Below are positions 28,872 to 38,336 of a stretch of DNA of 64,000 bases, one piece after another (the first letter of the stretch is position 1; each line of letters opens with the position of its first letter). Source of the DNA: Polyangiales bacterium. Its GTDB lineage: Bacteria > Myxococcota_A > Polyangia > Polyangiales > Ga0077539. The stretch covers positions 80,452-144,451 of the forward strand of contig JAXLYJ010000019.1 in the NCBI GenBank assembly GCA_046351515.1. Direction: 5' to 3'. The notes below the pieces were generated by a model. It did no database searches, had not been told where the DNA came from, and saw only the letters and a list, made by a program, of their open reading frames with translations. The position numbers and the translations under genes were made by a program.

Positions 28872-28885
28872 TTTCACAAGTGAAA
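28872..28885. promoter_or_regulatory. 6-2-6 palindrome TTTCAC-AA-GTGAAA (candidate operator)
   Basis: Perfect inverted repeat in the 104-nt divergent region between the GATase1-like gene and the S8 peptidase gene. Confidence 0.35.
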
Positions 28886-28925
28886 GGCAGACGTGCTGTA
28901 GTACTTCGCAGGCGCAACGCACCCC

Positions 28926-30125
28926 ATGGCTACGAACCGAACGCAGCGACCTCCGCCGCAGAAGTCTTCCTTTCCGCCTCCTCCGATGATGCCGGCTGAA
29001 ACGCCGCTGCCCGAAGGAACGCCGCCCATCCACCCGATCGCTCAACGCCTGCACGCCGACGAACGGCTGTCGGGCAAGGGCGTCACGATCGCCTTTCTCG
29101 ACTCGGGCTTCTATGCGCACCCGGACTTGATCACCCCGCGCAATCGCATCATCGCCTACAACGACGTGCTCTCTCATCGCACGTGGCGCAACACGTTGCC
29201 CGAGCCGGACGCCTCGTCGTGGCACGGCATGATGACGAGCGTCGTGTGCGCGGGCAACGGCTCGCTCTCGGGCGGAAAGTACAAGGGCCTCGCGCACCAG
29301 TCGGACCTGGTCCTCGTGAAGGTGGGCTCGATGTCTCGCGTGCGACACGACGACATTCGCGCGGGACTTCAGTGGGTCCTCGCGCACCATCGCAAGTACG
29401 ACATCCGCGTGGTGAACATCTCTGCGGGCGGCGACTACGAAGCGAGCTACCTGACCGACGCGCTCTCGCAGGCCGCTGAAGAGTGCGTTCGCGCGGGCAT
29501 GACCGTCATCTGCGCCGCGGGAAACAGCGCGAATCACCCGGTGCTTCCGCCCGCGTCTTCGCCGGCGGTGATCTCCGTGGGCGGCTTCGACGACAACCAC
29601 AACGCCGAGCCCGGCGCGCGCGGGATGTATCACTCGTCGTACGGTCCCACGATCGACGGGCTGCAAAAGCCCGAGGTGATCGCGCCGGCGATCTGGGTGG
29701 CCGCGCCCATTCTTCCGGGCACTCCGACGGCGGCGCAGGCCAACCTGCTCGACTCGCTCGCGGTCTCGGACGACGAAGGCATCTACCGTTTGCTGGACGA
29801 AAACCAGGGCGTCGACGCCGAGCTCGATCAAGCGCGGCACCGCGAGCCGTATCACATCCGCAACATCGTCAAGCTCAAGCGCCGCAACGAGAAGCTCATC
29901 TCTGCGCACTACAAGCACGTCGACGGGACGAGCTTCGCCGCTCCGATCGTCACGTCGATCGTCGCTCAGATGCTCGAGGTCAACCCGTCGCTCACGCCGA
30001 TGCAGATCAAGCGAATCTTGATCGAGACCGCCGTGCGCATGCCCGACGTCGCCGTCGATCGGCAGGGCTGGGGCGTCGTGCAGCCGCGGATCGCCGTCGA
30101 TCGCGCGCGAGAGAAAAAGGTGTGA
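28926..30125 (+). CDS. S8 subtilisin-like serine peptidase without signal peptide
   Basis: Catalytic triad contexts IAFLDSG (Asp), WHGMMTS (His) and DGTSFAAP (Ser), plus oxyanion NISAGG. The N-terminus is Pro-rich and not hydrophobic. Confidence 0.85.
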   Translation: MATNRTQRPPPQKSSFPPPPMMPAETPLPEGTPPIHPIAQRLHADERLSGKGVTIAFLDSGFYAHPDLITPRNRIIAYNDVLSHRTWRNTLPEPDASSWHGMMTSVVCAGNGSLSGGKYKGLAHQSDLVLVKVGSMSRVRHDDIRAGLQWVLAHHRKYDIRVVNISAGGDYEASYLTDALSQAAEECVRAGMTVICAAGNSANHPVLPPASSPAVISVGGFDDNHNAEPGARGMYHSSYGPTIDGLQKPEVIAPAIWVAAPILPGTPTAAQANLLDSLAVSDDEGIYRLLDENQGVDAELDQARHREPYHIRNIVKLKRRNEKLISAHYKHVDGTSFAAPIVTSIVAQMLEVNPSLTPMQIKRILIETAVRMPDVAVDRQGWGVVQPRIAVDRAREKKV

Positions 30126-30131
30126 CTGTAT

Positions 30132-31100
30132 TCAAAACGCGCCGTAAATCGCAGCTCCGTTGAGCGTGGGCGCCACGCCGAGCACCCGCGCTCGCGTCCC
30201 GTCGAGCGCGCTCATGCGCTGCCCCTGGCTCAAGCGAAACACCCTGAGCGCGCGCTCGCTCGGCGTGCGCATCCCGAGCATCGCGGCGCCGATCGGGACA
30301 TAGGCGCAGCCGAGCAAGAGCGCGGGGATTCCGATGGCGACGTTGAGCCCAGCGCTCGCGCCGTTGGTCGCCACGGACACCACGCCCACGCCCGCGCTGA
30401 ACACCCCGAGGCCGATGATCGTGATGGCCCCCGCGCGCTGCCCTGCGCGCTCGCGCTCGGCGCGCTGCGACCAGCGCACGAGGGCGGCTTGCAAGCGCGC
30501 CTCGGGGTCGGAGACGGGGTCGTCGCGAAGCTCCTGGGCCATCTGCTCCCAGGGGCTGCGGGTGAGCATCAGGAGCGTACCCATCAGGGCAAACGCGCTT
30601 CCCGCGGCGATCGAGGTCGAGCTGATCACGATGGTCGAGAGCGTCGAGAGCGAGCCGTGCGGGAGCAGAAACGGGATCGCGGCGGTGCTCGCCGAGAGCG
30701 CTCCGCCGATGAGCAGCGCGGTTCCCATCGAGCGTCGCTGCTGCGCGTCGCTCTCGGCTTCGTCTGCGACCACGGCCTGCAAGTGCGAGAGCGTCCGAGA
30801 CGCGCGCGACGTGCGCGGCGCTCGCGGCGGAGGCGGCGCGATCGCGAGCACGAGCGGCGCAGCTCCCGGCGGCGCGGGCTGAACAGCGACAGACCGAGCG
30901 GCGGGGCTCGCGGGCGTCTCTGCAGCGCTCGTCACGGTGGGCGCAGCGGCGCGGGTCACCGCAGGCTCGACGCGCGGGTCTTCTGGCGGAGGAGGCGGAA
31001 GCGCGAGCGCCCCTGCGTCTTGCGCGAGCGCGGGCGCGCTGTTCGCGACGAACGCCCCCAGCGCCGCGGCGCACACACTCGCACGATGATTCGCTGGCAC
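30132..31100 (-). CDS. hypothetical multi-pass membrane protein
   Basis: Signal-like N-terminus, an Ala/Pro-rich linker, then four hydrophobic segments (MGTALLIGGALSAS, IAAGSAFALMGTLLML, AITIIGLGVFSAGVGVV, IGIPALLLGCAYVPIGAAML). Confidence 0.55.
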   Translation of the reverse strand: MPANHRASVCAAALGAFVANSAPALAQDAGALALPPPPPEDPRVEPAVTRAAAPTVTSAAETPASPAARSVAVQPAPPGAAPLVLAIAPPPPRAPRTSRASRTLSHLQAVVADEAESDAQQRRSMGTALLIGGALSASTAAIPFLLPHGSLSTLSTIVISSTSIAAGSAFALMGTLLMLTRSPWEQMAQELRDDPVSDPEARLQAALVRWSQRAERERAGQRAGAITIIGLGVFSAGVGVVSVATNGASAGLNVAIGIPALLLGCAYVPIGAAMLGMRTPSERALRVFRLSQGQRMSALDGTRARVLGVAPTLNGAAIYGAF

Positions 31101-31153
31101 TGACGCAACACTCTCTGTGAGCGCAGCGATCGCACGACCGCGATCGGCGCTGC

Positions 31154-31681
31154 TCAGAGCGAAGTCTTACCGATTCGAAGGATCTCGTCGAACTGCGAGG
31201 GCGTCACCGAGAGCACCGAGAGCTGCGGCTGACGAAAGAGCATGAAGCCCTCCATCGCCGCGCTCTTCTTCATCTCGGCGAGCGAGACGCTCTTGTCGAG
31301 CGCGCGCAGCGGAGCGAGCTCGACGGCGCTCCATCCTTCGCCCGGCGCCGTGGGATCTTCGAACGCCTCGCGCGTGACCGTGGCCACGCCCATCACGCAC
31401 TTGCCCTCGCCCGAGTGATAGAACAGCACTCGATCGCCGAGCTTCATCGCCCGCAGGTTGTTGCGCGCCGTGTAGTTGCGAACGCCGTCCCACACCGTGG
31501 ACTTGTCCGCGACGAACTTGGACCACGGGTAGACGTCGTGCTCGATCTTCACGAGCCAATGGCCGACGCCGTCGCGTCGATGGCTCGGCGTCGAGTCGGT
31601 CTTGTCCGCGGCGCGCTCGGGCTTGGCGCTCGATCCGCTCTTCGCCGGCTTGTCAGCGGGAGCTTTCTTCTTTGCGACCAT
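31154..31681 (-). CDS. EVE (PUA-like) domain protein with Lys-rich N-terminal tail
   Basis: HWLVKIEHDVYPW...WDGVRNYTARNNLRAMKLGDRVLFYHS matches the EVE/THYN1 signature. N-terminal tail MVAKKKAPADKPAKSGSSAKPERAADK. Confidence 0.8.
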   Translation of the reverse strand: MVAKKKAPADKPAKSGSSAKPERAADKTDSTPSHRRDGVGHWLVKIEHDVYPWSKFVADKSTVWDGVRNYTARNNLRAMKLGDRVLFYHSGEGKCVMGVATVTREAFEDPTAPGEGWSAVELAPLRALDKSVSLAEMKKSAAMEGFMLFRQPQLSVLSVTPSQFDEILRIGKTSL

Positions 31682-31714
31682 CAGCGGTGAGCCTTCGAGC
31701 GAAGCGCAGTGAAT

Positions 31715-32017
31715 TCAGCGGCAGGACCACTGCGGACGGCCGCCGGCGGGGTCCGCGTTGCACTGGCACATGATCGGGAGGCCGCCGGGCGCGGGGCTGA
31801 TCTGGCAGCGCTGCGGGGCGGTGCCACAATACGCAGAGCCCTGCGAAGCGTGGCCCAAGAGGTCACCAGGGCACTCGTCCATGCCCGAATTGCCAACGTT
31901 GAACTCGCGAGGAGAGAGCCGGAAGCCCCCGTCTTCGAGCACACTCTCGTACGGGCCGTGCGCGCAGCCAGCGAGCGAAGCGACGGCGAGGGCCACGAGT
32001 ACCACGAACTTTCGCAT
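31715..32017 (-). CDS. small Cys-containing lipoprotein
   Basis: ATG 32017 gives MRKFVVLVALAVASLAGC, a canonical lipobox. 100 aa with 6 further Cys. Confidence 0.6.
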   Translation of the reverse strand: MRKFVVLVALAVASLAGCAHGPYESVLEDGGFRLSPREFNVGNSGMDECPGDLLGHASQGSAYCGTAPQRCQISPAPGGLPIMCQCNADPAGGRPQWSCR

Positions 32018-32164
32018 GGACGCGGCGTATGCCACGGCCGTTTCCCCACCGTCAACGCCACGACAACGACGCGCCCCGCTCGCCGAACGCTCATCGCGTC
32101 ACGCTCGGCGTCTCGAGAGGAATAAATCCCCTCTTTTCGCGGTCGAACCATCACGGAGAGCCTC

Positions 32165-33598
32165 ATGCCCCAATCCTTCCGCCATCGCTCGTCAGCGCTC
32201 GCCGCGCTCACCCTCGCCCTCGTCTCTGTGACCGTCGCGCAGGAGGCGAGCGCGCAGACGAGCGCGAACGCACAGGTGAGCGCGGGCGTCGCGCGTCCCG
32301 TGGACTCGACCCTTCAGCAAGTGAGCGAGCTCGGGCGAGCGTTTGCTGACGTCGCAGCGCGCGTGCTTCCCAGCGTGGTTTCGGTGCACGTCGAGAGCGA
32401 AGCCGACCTGGACGCGATGGGGTTCGGCGGGTTCATCGTTCCTCCCGAGCGCGGGGCGGCGCCGACCGTGCGAGGCTCGGGATCGGGCGTGATCCTGCGC
32501 GAAGACGGGGTGATCCTGACGAACTATCACGTCGTCGAGCGCGCCCGTCGAATCAACATTCACCTGCGTGACGGCCGCGTGCTTCGAGGTCGCGTCCTCG
32601 GCGTCGATCACGCGACGGACCTCGCGCTCGTGAAGGTCGAAGCGCGCGCGCTGCCCGTCGCGCGCCTGGGCGACAGCGACGCCGCGCGGCCCGGAGAGTG
32701 GGTGCTCGCGATCGGCGCTCCGCTCGGACTCGAGGCGACGGTGACGCACGGAATCCTCTCGGCCACGAGCCGCACCCACCTCGGCGTCAACGACATCGAG
32801 GACTACCTGCAGACCGACGCGAGCATCAATCCTGGCAACTCGGGCGGGCCGCTCGTCAACCTGCGCGGCGAAGTGCTCGGCATCAACACCATGATCGCCG
32901 GGAGAAACACAGGCATCGGCTTCGCGGTCTCCTCTCGCATCGCGCAGTTCGTCGTCGACCAGGTCCTGCGCACCGGGCACGTCTCGCGCGGATGGATCGG
33001 CGTTGGCCTGCAAGACCTCTCGCCCTCGCTCGCCGAGTCCATGCGCATGAACAACGCCCAAGGAGCGCTCATCAACGCCGTCGAGCGCGGCACCCCCGCG
33101 GACCGCGGCGGCGTGCGCCTCGGCGACGTCGTGACCGCGGCGGACAATCAATCCGTGCGCGACGCCGACGCGCTCACGCGCATCATCACCTGCAAAACAC
33201 CGGGCGAACGGCTCACCCTCACCGTCGTGCGCGGGGGCCAATCGCAGTCGGTGACGATCACCACCGCGCACCGCCCCGGCGCGAGCGACGCCGTCGCGCC
33301 CGAGGTCGCCAACACCGCCATGGCGCGACGACAAGGGCACGGCGTGCGCGTCGCCGCCGTCGACCCGCGGTGGCTGCAGCGCTTGGGCATCACCGAGCCC
33401 GCGCTCGGAGTGGTCTCGGTCGACCCCGGAAGCGCCGGTGACGACGCGGGGCTGCGCCGCGGCGACCTGATCCTGCGCGTCGACGGAGCGACGCCGCTCA
33501 ACCTCAACGCCATCGACGAGGCGGCGCGCGATCGACGCGTGCTGCTGCTCGTGCGGCGCGCGGACTCTCAGCGGTTCATCCCGCTCGTCATCGACTGA
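32165..33598 (+). CDS. htrA: HtrA/DegP-family periplasmic serine protease with two PDZ domains
   Basis: Signal peptide. Catalytic contexts TNYHVV (His), DLALVKV (Asp) and GNSGGPLVN (Ser). Two PDZ-like C-terminal modules. Confidence 0.9.
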   Translation: MPQSFRHRSSALAALTLALVSVTVAQEASAQTSANAQVSAGVARPVDSTLQQVSELGRAFADVAARVLPSVVSVHVESEADLDAMGFGGFIVPPERGAAPTVRGSGSGVILREDGVILTNYHVVERARRINIHLRDGRVLRGRVLGVDHATDLALVKVEARALPVARLGDSDAARPGEWVLAIGAPLGLEATVTHGILSATSRTHLGVNDIEDYLQTDASINPGNSGGPLVNLRGEVLGINTMIAGRNTGIGFAVSSRIAQFVVDQVLRTGHVSRGWIGVGLQDLSPSLAESMRMNNAQGALINAVERGTPADRGGVRLGDVVTAADNQSVRDADALTRIITCKTPGERLTLTVVRGGQSQSVTITTAHRPGASDAVAPEVANTAMARRQGHGVRVAAVDPRWLQRLGITEPALGVVSVDPGSAGDDAGLRRGDLILRVDGATPLNLNAIDEAARDRRVLLLVRRADSQRFIPLVID

Positions 33599-33618
33599 GC
33601 TGCCCGAACCTCGGCGAC

Positions 33619-33649
33619 GGCTGCGCCCGATCACGTCGCGGGCGCAGCC
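33619..33649 (+). terminator. stem-loop terminator candidate downstream of htrA
   Basis: GGCTGCGCCCG-atcacgtcg-CGGGCGCAGCC is a perfect 11-bp stem. It lies 21 nt after the htrA stop and is followed by GTTTCGCGTT. Confidence 0.55.
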
Positions 33650-33700
33650 GTTTCGCGTTGCGCTCAATAGCGAACGAGTGATTCACTATTGATCACCCTC

Positions 33701-35122
33701 ATGCATCCTCTCGATCGACTCGCGACGCTCGACGCCACCGCGCAGAGCGCCCTCGTTCAACGCGGCGAACTGACGGCGACGGACCTGCTCTCCGCTGCGC
33801 AGCGGCGGTGCGATGCCATCAACCCGCTCATCCGCGCGGTCGTGGCGGTGGATTTCGACGCAGCGCGCGCTCAGATCTCGAAGAGAGCGGGCGCGGTGTT
33901 CGAAGGCGTCCCCTTCGCGTGCAAGGACCTGCTGATGGTGCCGGGGATGCGCTGCGCGTTCGGCTCGCGGCTGCTCGCGCGCAACGTCGCCGCGCAGGGC
34001 TCGCCCTTCACCGACAAGCTCGAGCGCGCAGGGCTCGTGACCTTCGCCAAGACCGCCACGAGCGAATTCGGCCTGCTCGGCAGCAGCGAGACCCTGCTCG
34101 AAGGCGTCACGCACAACCCGTGGAACCTCACTCTCTCCGCCGCCGGATCGTCCGGCGGCTCAGCGGCCGCGGTCGCCGCCGGCATCGTTGCGATCGCCCA
34201 CGCGAGCGACGGCGGAGGCTCGGTGCGCATTCCCGCCGCGGCCAACGGCGTCTTCGGCTTCAAGCCGAGCCGCGGACGAACCGCGCCGTCCGGCCCCGAG
34301 AGCTCGCCCTTCGAGCGGCTCGTGTCCGACGGGTGCGTGAGCCGATCGGTGCGCGACGCGGCGACCTTCTTCGACGCGGTTCAGCGCGATGGACAGACGC
34401 TACCATCGCTGAACGAGCTGCAATTTCGCTCGCCGAAGCGGCTTCGAATCGCGCTCTCGTGGCGCTCGATGATGGGCACCGAGCCCGAGTCGGCGGTGCG
34501 TATCGCCATCGAGCGCGCCGCCGCGCTGTGCGAGCAGCTCGGGCACACCGTCATCGAAGCAGAGGTCCTTCCGCAGCAAGGCGCGGCGATCAGCGAGGCG
34601 TTCTTCACGAGCGCCGGCGCTTCGCTCGCCGCGATGACCGCGATGATCGCGCCGATGCTCGGGCGCCAGCCCGGCGACGAAGAGCTCGAGCCCTTCACGC
34701 TCGCGCTGATCGAGCACGCGCGCTCGATCGGTGACGAAGGGATCGCCGCCGCGCAGCGCACGTTCGACGCGGCCGCATCGCAGTACCTCGCGCAGACCGC
34801 TCCGTTCGACGTCGTGCTCACGCCCGTCATCGCCACCCGACCGTGGTCGCTCGGCTGGCTCGCGCCGACGCTCTCGCGTGAGGCGCTGCTCGCGCGCACC
34901 GAACAGGCCGTCTGCTACACGCCCATCCAGAACATCGCGGGCTGCCCGGCGATGAGCGTCCCCCTTCACTGGACCGAGGACGGGACGCCGATCGGAGCGC
35001 ATTTTGCCGCGGCTCCTAGCGACGACGCGACGCTCTTCGCGTTGGCGTTCGAGCTCGAGCGCGCGTGCCCTTGGGCCGATCGTTGGGCGCCGCACTCGTT
35101 CGTCAGCGTCTACCATCGCTGA
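33701..35122 (+). CDS. amidase (amidase-signature family)
   Basis: ATG 33701. FACKDLL (catalytic Lys), AAGSSGGSAAAVAAG and GGSVRIPAA signature. 473 aa. Confidence 0.88.
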   Translation: MHPLDRLATLDATAQSALVQRGELTATDLLSAAQRRCDAINPLIRAVVAVDFDAARAQISKRAGAVFEGVPFACKDLLMVPGMRCAFGSRLLARNVAAQGSPFTDKLERAGLVTFAKTATSEFGLLGSSETLLEGVTHNPWNLTLSAAGSSGGSAAAVAAGIVAIAHASDGGGSVRIPAAANGVFGFKPSRGRTAPSGPESSPFERLVSDGCVSRSVRDAATFFDAVQRDGQTLPSLNELQFRSPKRLRIALSWRSMMGTEPESAVRIAIERAAALCEQLGHTVIEAEVLPQQGAAISEAFFTSAGASLAAMTAMIAPMLGRQPGDEELEPFTLALIEHARSIGDEGIAAAQRTFDAAASQYLAQTAPFDVVLTPVIATRPWSLGWLAPTLSREALLARTEQAVCYTPIQNIAGCPAMSVPLHWTEDGTPIGAHFAAAPSDDATLFALAFELERACPWADRWAPHSFVSVYHR

Positions 35123-35125
35123 CCG

Positions 35126-35809
35126 ATGGCACAGGTCCTCAAAGAAGAGGTTCGCCAGCGCATCACGTCGGCCGCGCTTCGATGCTTCGCTCGCAAAGGC
35201 GTGGTCGCCACGACCATGAGCGAAATCGCCGCGCAAGCCGAGGTCGCCGTCGCCAACCTCTACCGCTACTTCGCGAGCAAAGACGAGCTGTACTCCGCCG
35301 TCGTCACCGACGCGCTCGTCGAGCGCTTCGAGCAACTCTTGACCCAGAGCGCGCACGCCCACGCGTTCATCGCCGACCAGCGCGACCAGCGCGACCAGCG
35401 CGAAACAAGCGCCCCGCGCGAGCTGCTCGAGTTCTGGCTGCATCACCGCCTCGTCGTCGTCATTCTGCTCGAGCACGCCGAAGGCACGCCGCACGAGCGC
35501 TTCGCCCAGCGCTTCGTCGACCAGCTCGTGGCCGCGTCCATCGACGAGATCCGCCGACGCCACCCCGAGGCCCGGCTGTTGCGCGAAGAGCGGCTCGTGC
35601 TCGCGCAGATCTTCGACAACACCCGGCGCATGATCGCGACGATCCTCCGCAGCGCGCGCAGCGATCGCGAGGCGCGCGCCGCGATCACCACGTTTCGAAG
35701 CTATCAAATCGCCGGCCTCGCGGGCTTCGTCGCGCACATCTGCGCGCGCGGCGAGAGCGATCCGGGCGAGCGAGCGCCCCCGTCCGCAAACGGCCACGGC
35801 TCGGCGTAG
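35126..35809 (+). CDS. TetR-family transcriptional regulator
   Basis: N-terminal HTH TTMSEIAAQAEVAVANLYRYFASKDEL. It starts 3 nt after the amidase stop. It contains an in-frame 3x GACCAGCGC repeat (35375-35401, DQRDQRDQR). Confidence 0.85.
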   Translation: MAQVLKEEVRQRITSAALRCFARKGVVATTMSEIAAQAEVAVANLYRYFASKDELYSAVVTDALVERFEQLLTQSAHAHAFIADQRDQRDQRETSAPRELLEFWLHHRLVVVILLEHAEGTPHERFAQRFVDQLVAASIDEIRRRHPEARLLREERLVLAQIFDNTRRMIATILRSARSDREARAAITTFRSYQIAGLAGFVAHICARGESDPGERAPPSANGHGSA

Positions 35810-35902
35810 GGGGGTGTTGGGTTGCGCTCGCGCGCCGCCACAGCGCGCGCACAAGTTCGCTGCAAATTCGCGGCGCGACGCCCCGTCGTGCAAACGCTCG
35901 CT

Positions 35903-37498
35903 GTGGAGCGATCGACGGTGCGTTCGCGAGTTGCGATCTTGATTGTGTGTGCGTGGGGAGCGGCCTCCCTCGGCGGCCAACCCCCGACGCAGCGCGCCCT
36001 CTCGCGATCGACCGCCGCGCAGCCTGCGCTCGACGCTCGCCCCGTCGAGCCAATCGCCGTCGCGCGCGCCGAGCACCGCGCGCAGCCCGCGCCCGAACGC
36101 CCAGCCGCACAAGAGCGACGCGCGAGCTTCTCGGACAACGGAGCGTCGGTGTGTCGCGCGATGATCCGCCCCGATCGAGATCGCAAGTTCATCGCTCGCG
36201 CCGACGCCCAGCGATCGACGGTGGACGGAGCGCGCTTGGACGCCATGGTCTCGCGCGGCGCAGCGGCGTCGCTCTCGTCTTCGTGGGAGCCCGACGACCT
36301 CGTCGAGCTGCCCTCCCTTCGCGCGATTTCGGCCCGAGAATGCAGCCACCGCGGCGCGCAGTGCCTTCGTCGTGAAGCCGCGCTCGCGCTGTCGCAAATG
36401 CTCGCCGCGATGCGCGCGGACGGCGTCGCGGGTTCGGTGCACTCGACCTATCGCTCGTACGACGTGCAGTGCATGGTGTTTCAGAACTGGGCCTACGACG
36501 ACGGACGCGGGTTTTGTCGCGCGGCGACCGGCTCGGCGCTCCCTGGGCACAGCCAACACCAGCTCGGAACCACGCTCGACCTGCTCTCGATCGCGTGGAA
36601 GTCCCAAGGTCGCGGGCTGAGCGCGGACTTCGGCTGCAGCCCCGCGGGGCGCTGGATCGCGCAGCACGCAGAGGCGTTCGGCTTCGTGCTTCCGTACCCG
36701 CTGCACGTGGACTACCGCGAGCGCGCGAACTCGTGCGCCGCGGCCGTGCACGGAGCGATGGACCCGCGCACGGGCTACGCGTACGAGCCGTGGCACTTGC
36801 GCTACGTCGGCCCGTCGCTCACGCGAGAGTTCTCTGCGGCGCGCGCGCGTTCGCAGCGAGACACTCCCGATGAGCTCACCCTCGATCAGTGGCTGCGGCA
36901 GCGCGCGGGACGCACCGATGACGCTGACCTCCCCGTGTGCGACGGCTGCGCGTGCGGGGCGTGCTCGACCCTTTCAGCCAGCGAGAGCAGCCCATGCGCC
37001 CGCGACGAAATGCTCGTCGTCGACGCCGACGGAAGGCCCTCGCTCACCGACGCCCTGCCCTCTCTCGTGCGCGCCCGCGCGAGGCGCGATGGAGATCGCA
37101 TCGAGCTCGAGGTCACCCTCGAGATCAACGACGGGCTCGTCACGCAGACGCCCGTCGCGCCGCCCGGCGAGCCGCTGCGCTTCGAGCGCGGACAGACCGT
37201 CGATCGCTGGGCCTCGCGACGAGCGACGCCGCGCGCGTACCGTGACCTTCGCGGCGCCGTGCGGCTCGCGGTAGCCCCGTCCGACGCGCGCGCAGGGACC
37301 TTCGACTACCGCGTGGGCCTGACCGACGCGCGGCCCGCGGCTGCGTTCAACGGCTCGGTCGTGTACCTGCCCGCGCCGCGAGGAGCGCGCACGATTCGGC
37401 TCTCCCTGATCTCAGCGGCGCCCCGCGTACGCGTGGCGTTGTGGCGCGACGGACACGCGATCGAGCCCAGAGAAATCGCGGTGACCGTCGGTCAGTGA
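35903..37498 (+). CDS. M15B (VanY-like) D-alanyl-D-alanine carboxypeptidase with C-terminal extension
   Basis: STYRSY, SQHQLGTTLD (SxHxxGxAxD) and EPWHLRY zinc-site blocks. The start is uncertain: GTG 35903 gives the hydrophobic RVAILIVCAWGAASLGG. A ~190-aa C-terminal beta-domain has no recognised family. Confidence 0.75.
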   Translation: MERSTVRSRVAILIVCAWGAASLGGQPPTQRALSRSTAAQPALDARPVEPIAVARAEHRAQPAPERPAAQERRASFSDNGASVCRAMIRPDRDRKFIARADAQRSTVDGARLDAMVSRGAAASLSSSWEPDDLVELPSLRAISARECSHRGAQCLRREAALALSQMLAAMRADGVAGSVHSTYRSYDVQCMVFQNWAYDDGRGFCRAATGSALPGHSQHQLGTTLDLLSIAWKSQGRGLSADFGCSPAGRWIAQHAEAFGFVLPYPLHVDYRERANSCAAAVHGAMDPRTGYAYEPWHLRYVGPSLTREFSAARARSQRDTPDELTLDQWLRQRAGRTDDADLPVCDGCACGACSTLSASESSPCARDEMLVVDADGRPSLTDALPSLVRARARRDGDRIELEVTLEINDGLVTQTPVAPPGEPLRFERGQTVDRWASRRATPRAYRDLRGAVRLAVAPSDARAGTFDYRVGLTDARPAAAFNGSVVYLPAPRGARTIRLSLISAAPRVRVALWRDGHAIEPREIAVTVGQ

Positions 37499-37499
37499 T

Positions 37500-38336
37500 T
37501 CAGCGAAACTGCTGCGTCCCCGGCACCGTGATGTTGTCTCCGAGCGCGATGCCAGTCTCGGTGAGCTGCTGTCCGTCCTGCGCGGTGACGCGAACGGCAA
37601 ACGGCCCGGCGCCGAGGTTCATCCCGACGAAGTAGTTGTAGTCCTGACGGTCGAGCGCGGTAAACGTGCCGTCCATCCGTCGCACTTCGACGCGCGCGAT
37701 CGGCACGCGGTGGTTGCGCACTTGAATCGCGGCCCACCATTGGTTGGTCCCGTCCTTCCACTTGAACGAGATCGGCCCTGTCACCGAGCACGGGACGAAG
37801 CGCCATCGCGTGTTCACCCGCCCGCTCACGAGGGGAGCGATGCGCTCGAACGCTTGTCGCGAGAGATCCAAGTGTCCCGCGAGGCACTCGGGGCAGCGAT
37901 CGACGATGCGAACCGTGACCGTCCCCGTGGGGCCCATCACTTCGGCGCAGGCGCCGCAGACCGCGCTGTTGTTCCACTCGGGCGTGTTCATGGCGGCCAC
38001 CATGAGGTCCGCTGGAGAGCGGTCGAACGAGCAGTTTCCCGAGCCGTCCGCGTCGTAGTAGGTCGCGATCCCGTCGCGAAACGCGCCGCCCGCGCTGCCA
38101 TCACCGCCGCCTCCGCCCGCGTCATCCACAGCGCTCGCGTCAGGCAACGGCGCGACGCCCGCGTCCGACGGAGCGCCGGTGTCCGACGGAGCCCCGGTGT
38201 CCGAAGGCCCCGCGCTGTCGTTGCCGCTGCCCGAGTCCCCCGCGGGCATGGGCGGAGCGCACGCCGCGAACAGCGCGCTCGAGATCATCCACGCCGCGAT
38301 CGGCGCTCGCACACTCAACAAGCTTCGTTGCTTCAC
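37500..38336 (-). CDS. bacterial expansin-like protein (EXLX1/YoaJ type: DPBB domain + CBM63-like domain)
   Basis: GTG 38336 overlaps the P450 stop (GTGA). Signal/lipobox WMISSALFAAC. D1 blocks ATYYDADGSGNCSF, CGACAEV and VRIVDRCPECLAGHLDLS. D2 block WWAAIQVRNHRVPIARVEV...DYNYF. Confidence 0.8.
   Translation of the reverse strand: MKQRSLLSVRAPIAAWMISSALFAACAPPMPAGDSGSGNDSAGPSDTGAPSDTGAPSDAGVAPLPDASAVDDAGGGGGDGSAGGAFRDGIATYYDADGSGNCSFDRSPADLMVAAMNTPEWNNSAVCGACAEVMGPTGTVTVRIVDRCPECLAGHLDLSRQAFERIAPLVSGRVNTRWRFVPCSVTGPISFKWKDGTNQWWAAIQVRNHRVPIARVEVRRMDGTFTALDRQDYNYFVGMNLGAGPFAVRVTAQDGQQLTETGIALGDNITVPGTQQFR
38163..38216 (-). repeat. 3 x 18-nt in-frame tandem repeat (PSDTGA linker) in the expansin gene
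   Basis: gtccgacggagcgccggt / gtccgacggagccccggt / gtccgaaggccccgcgct encode GPSDTGAPSDTGAPSDAG. Confidence 0.7.

Noticed and set aside
35375-35401. Short tandem DNA repeats that might hint at CRISPR or VNTR elements: 3x GACCAGCGC in the TetR gene, 3x18 nt at 38163-38216, and DSG-coding repeats near 44340-44470.
   Set aside because: All are in-frame low-complexity coding repeats inside genes. They have no spacer/repeat architecture, and there are no cas genes or mobile-element genes anywhere in the window.
34400-36796. Other very long antisense or alternate-frame ORFs: 34400..36796(-), 26102..27976(-), 21308..23248(-), 42741..44909(-), 11660..13861(-), 6071..7861(-), 52876..54816(-) and 38348..39604(+).
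   Set aside because: All are Arg/Ala/Pro/Gly-dominated. All overlap opposite-strand or other-frame genes that carry recognisable catalytic motifs. None has a signal, motif or RBS.
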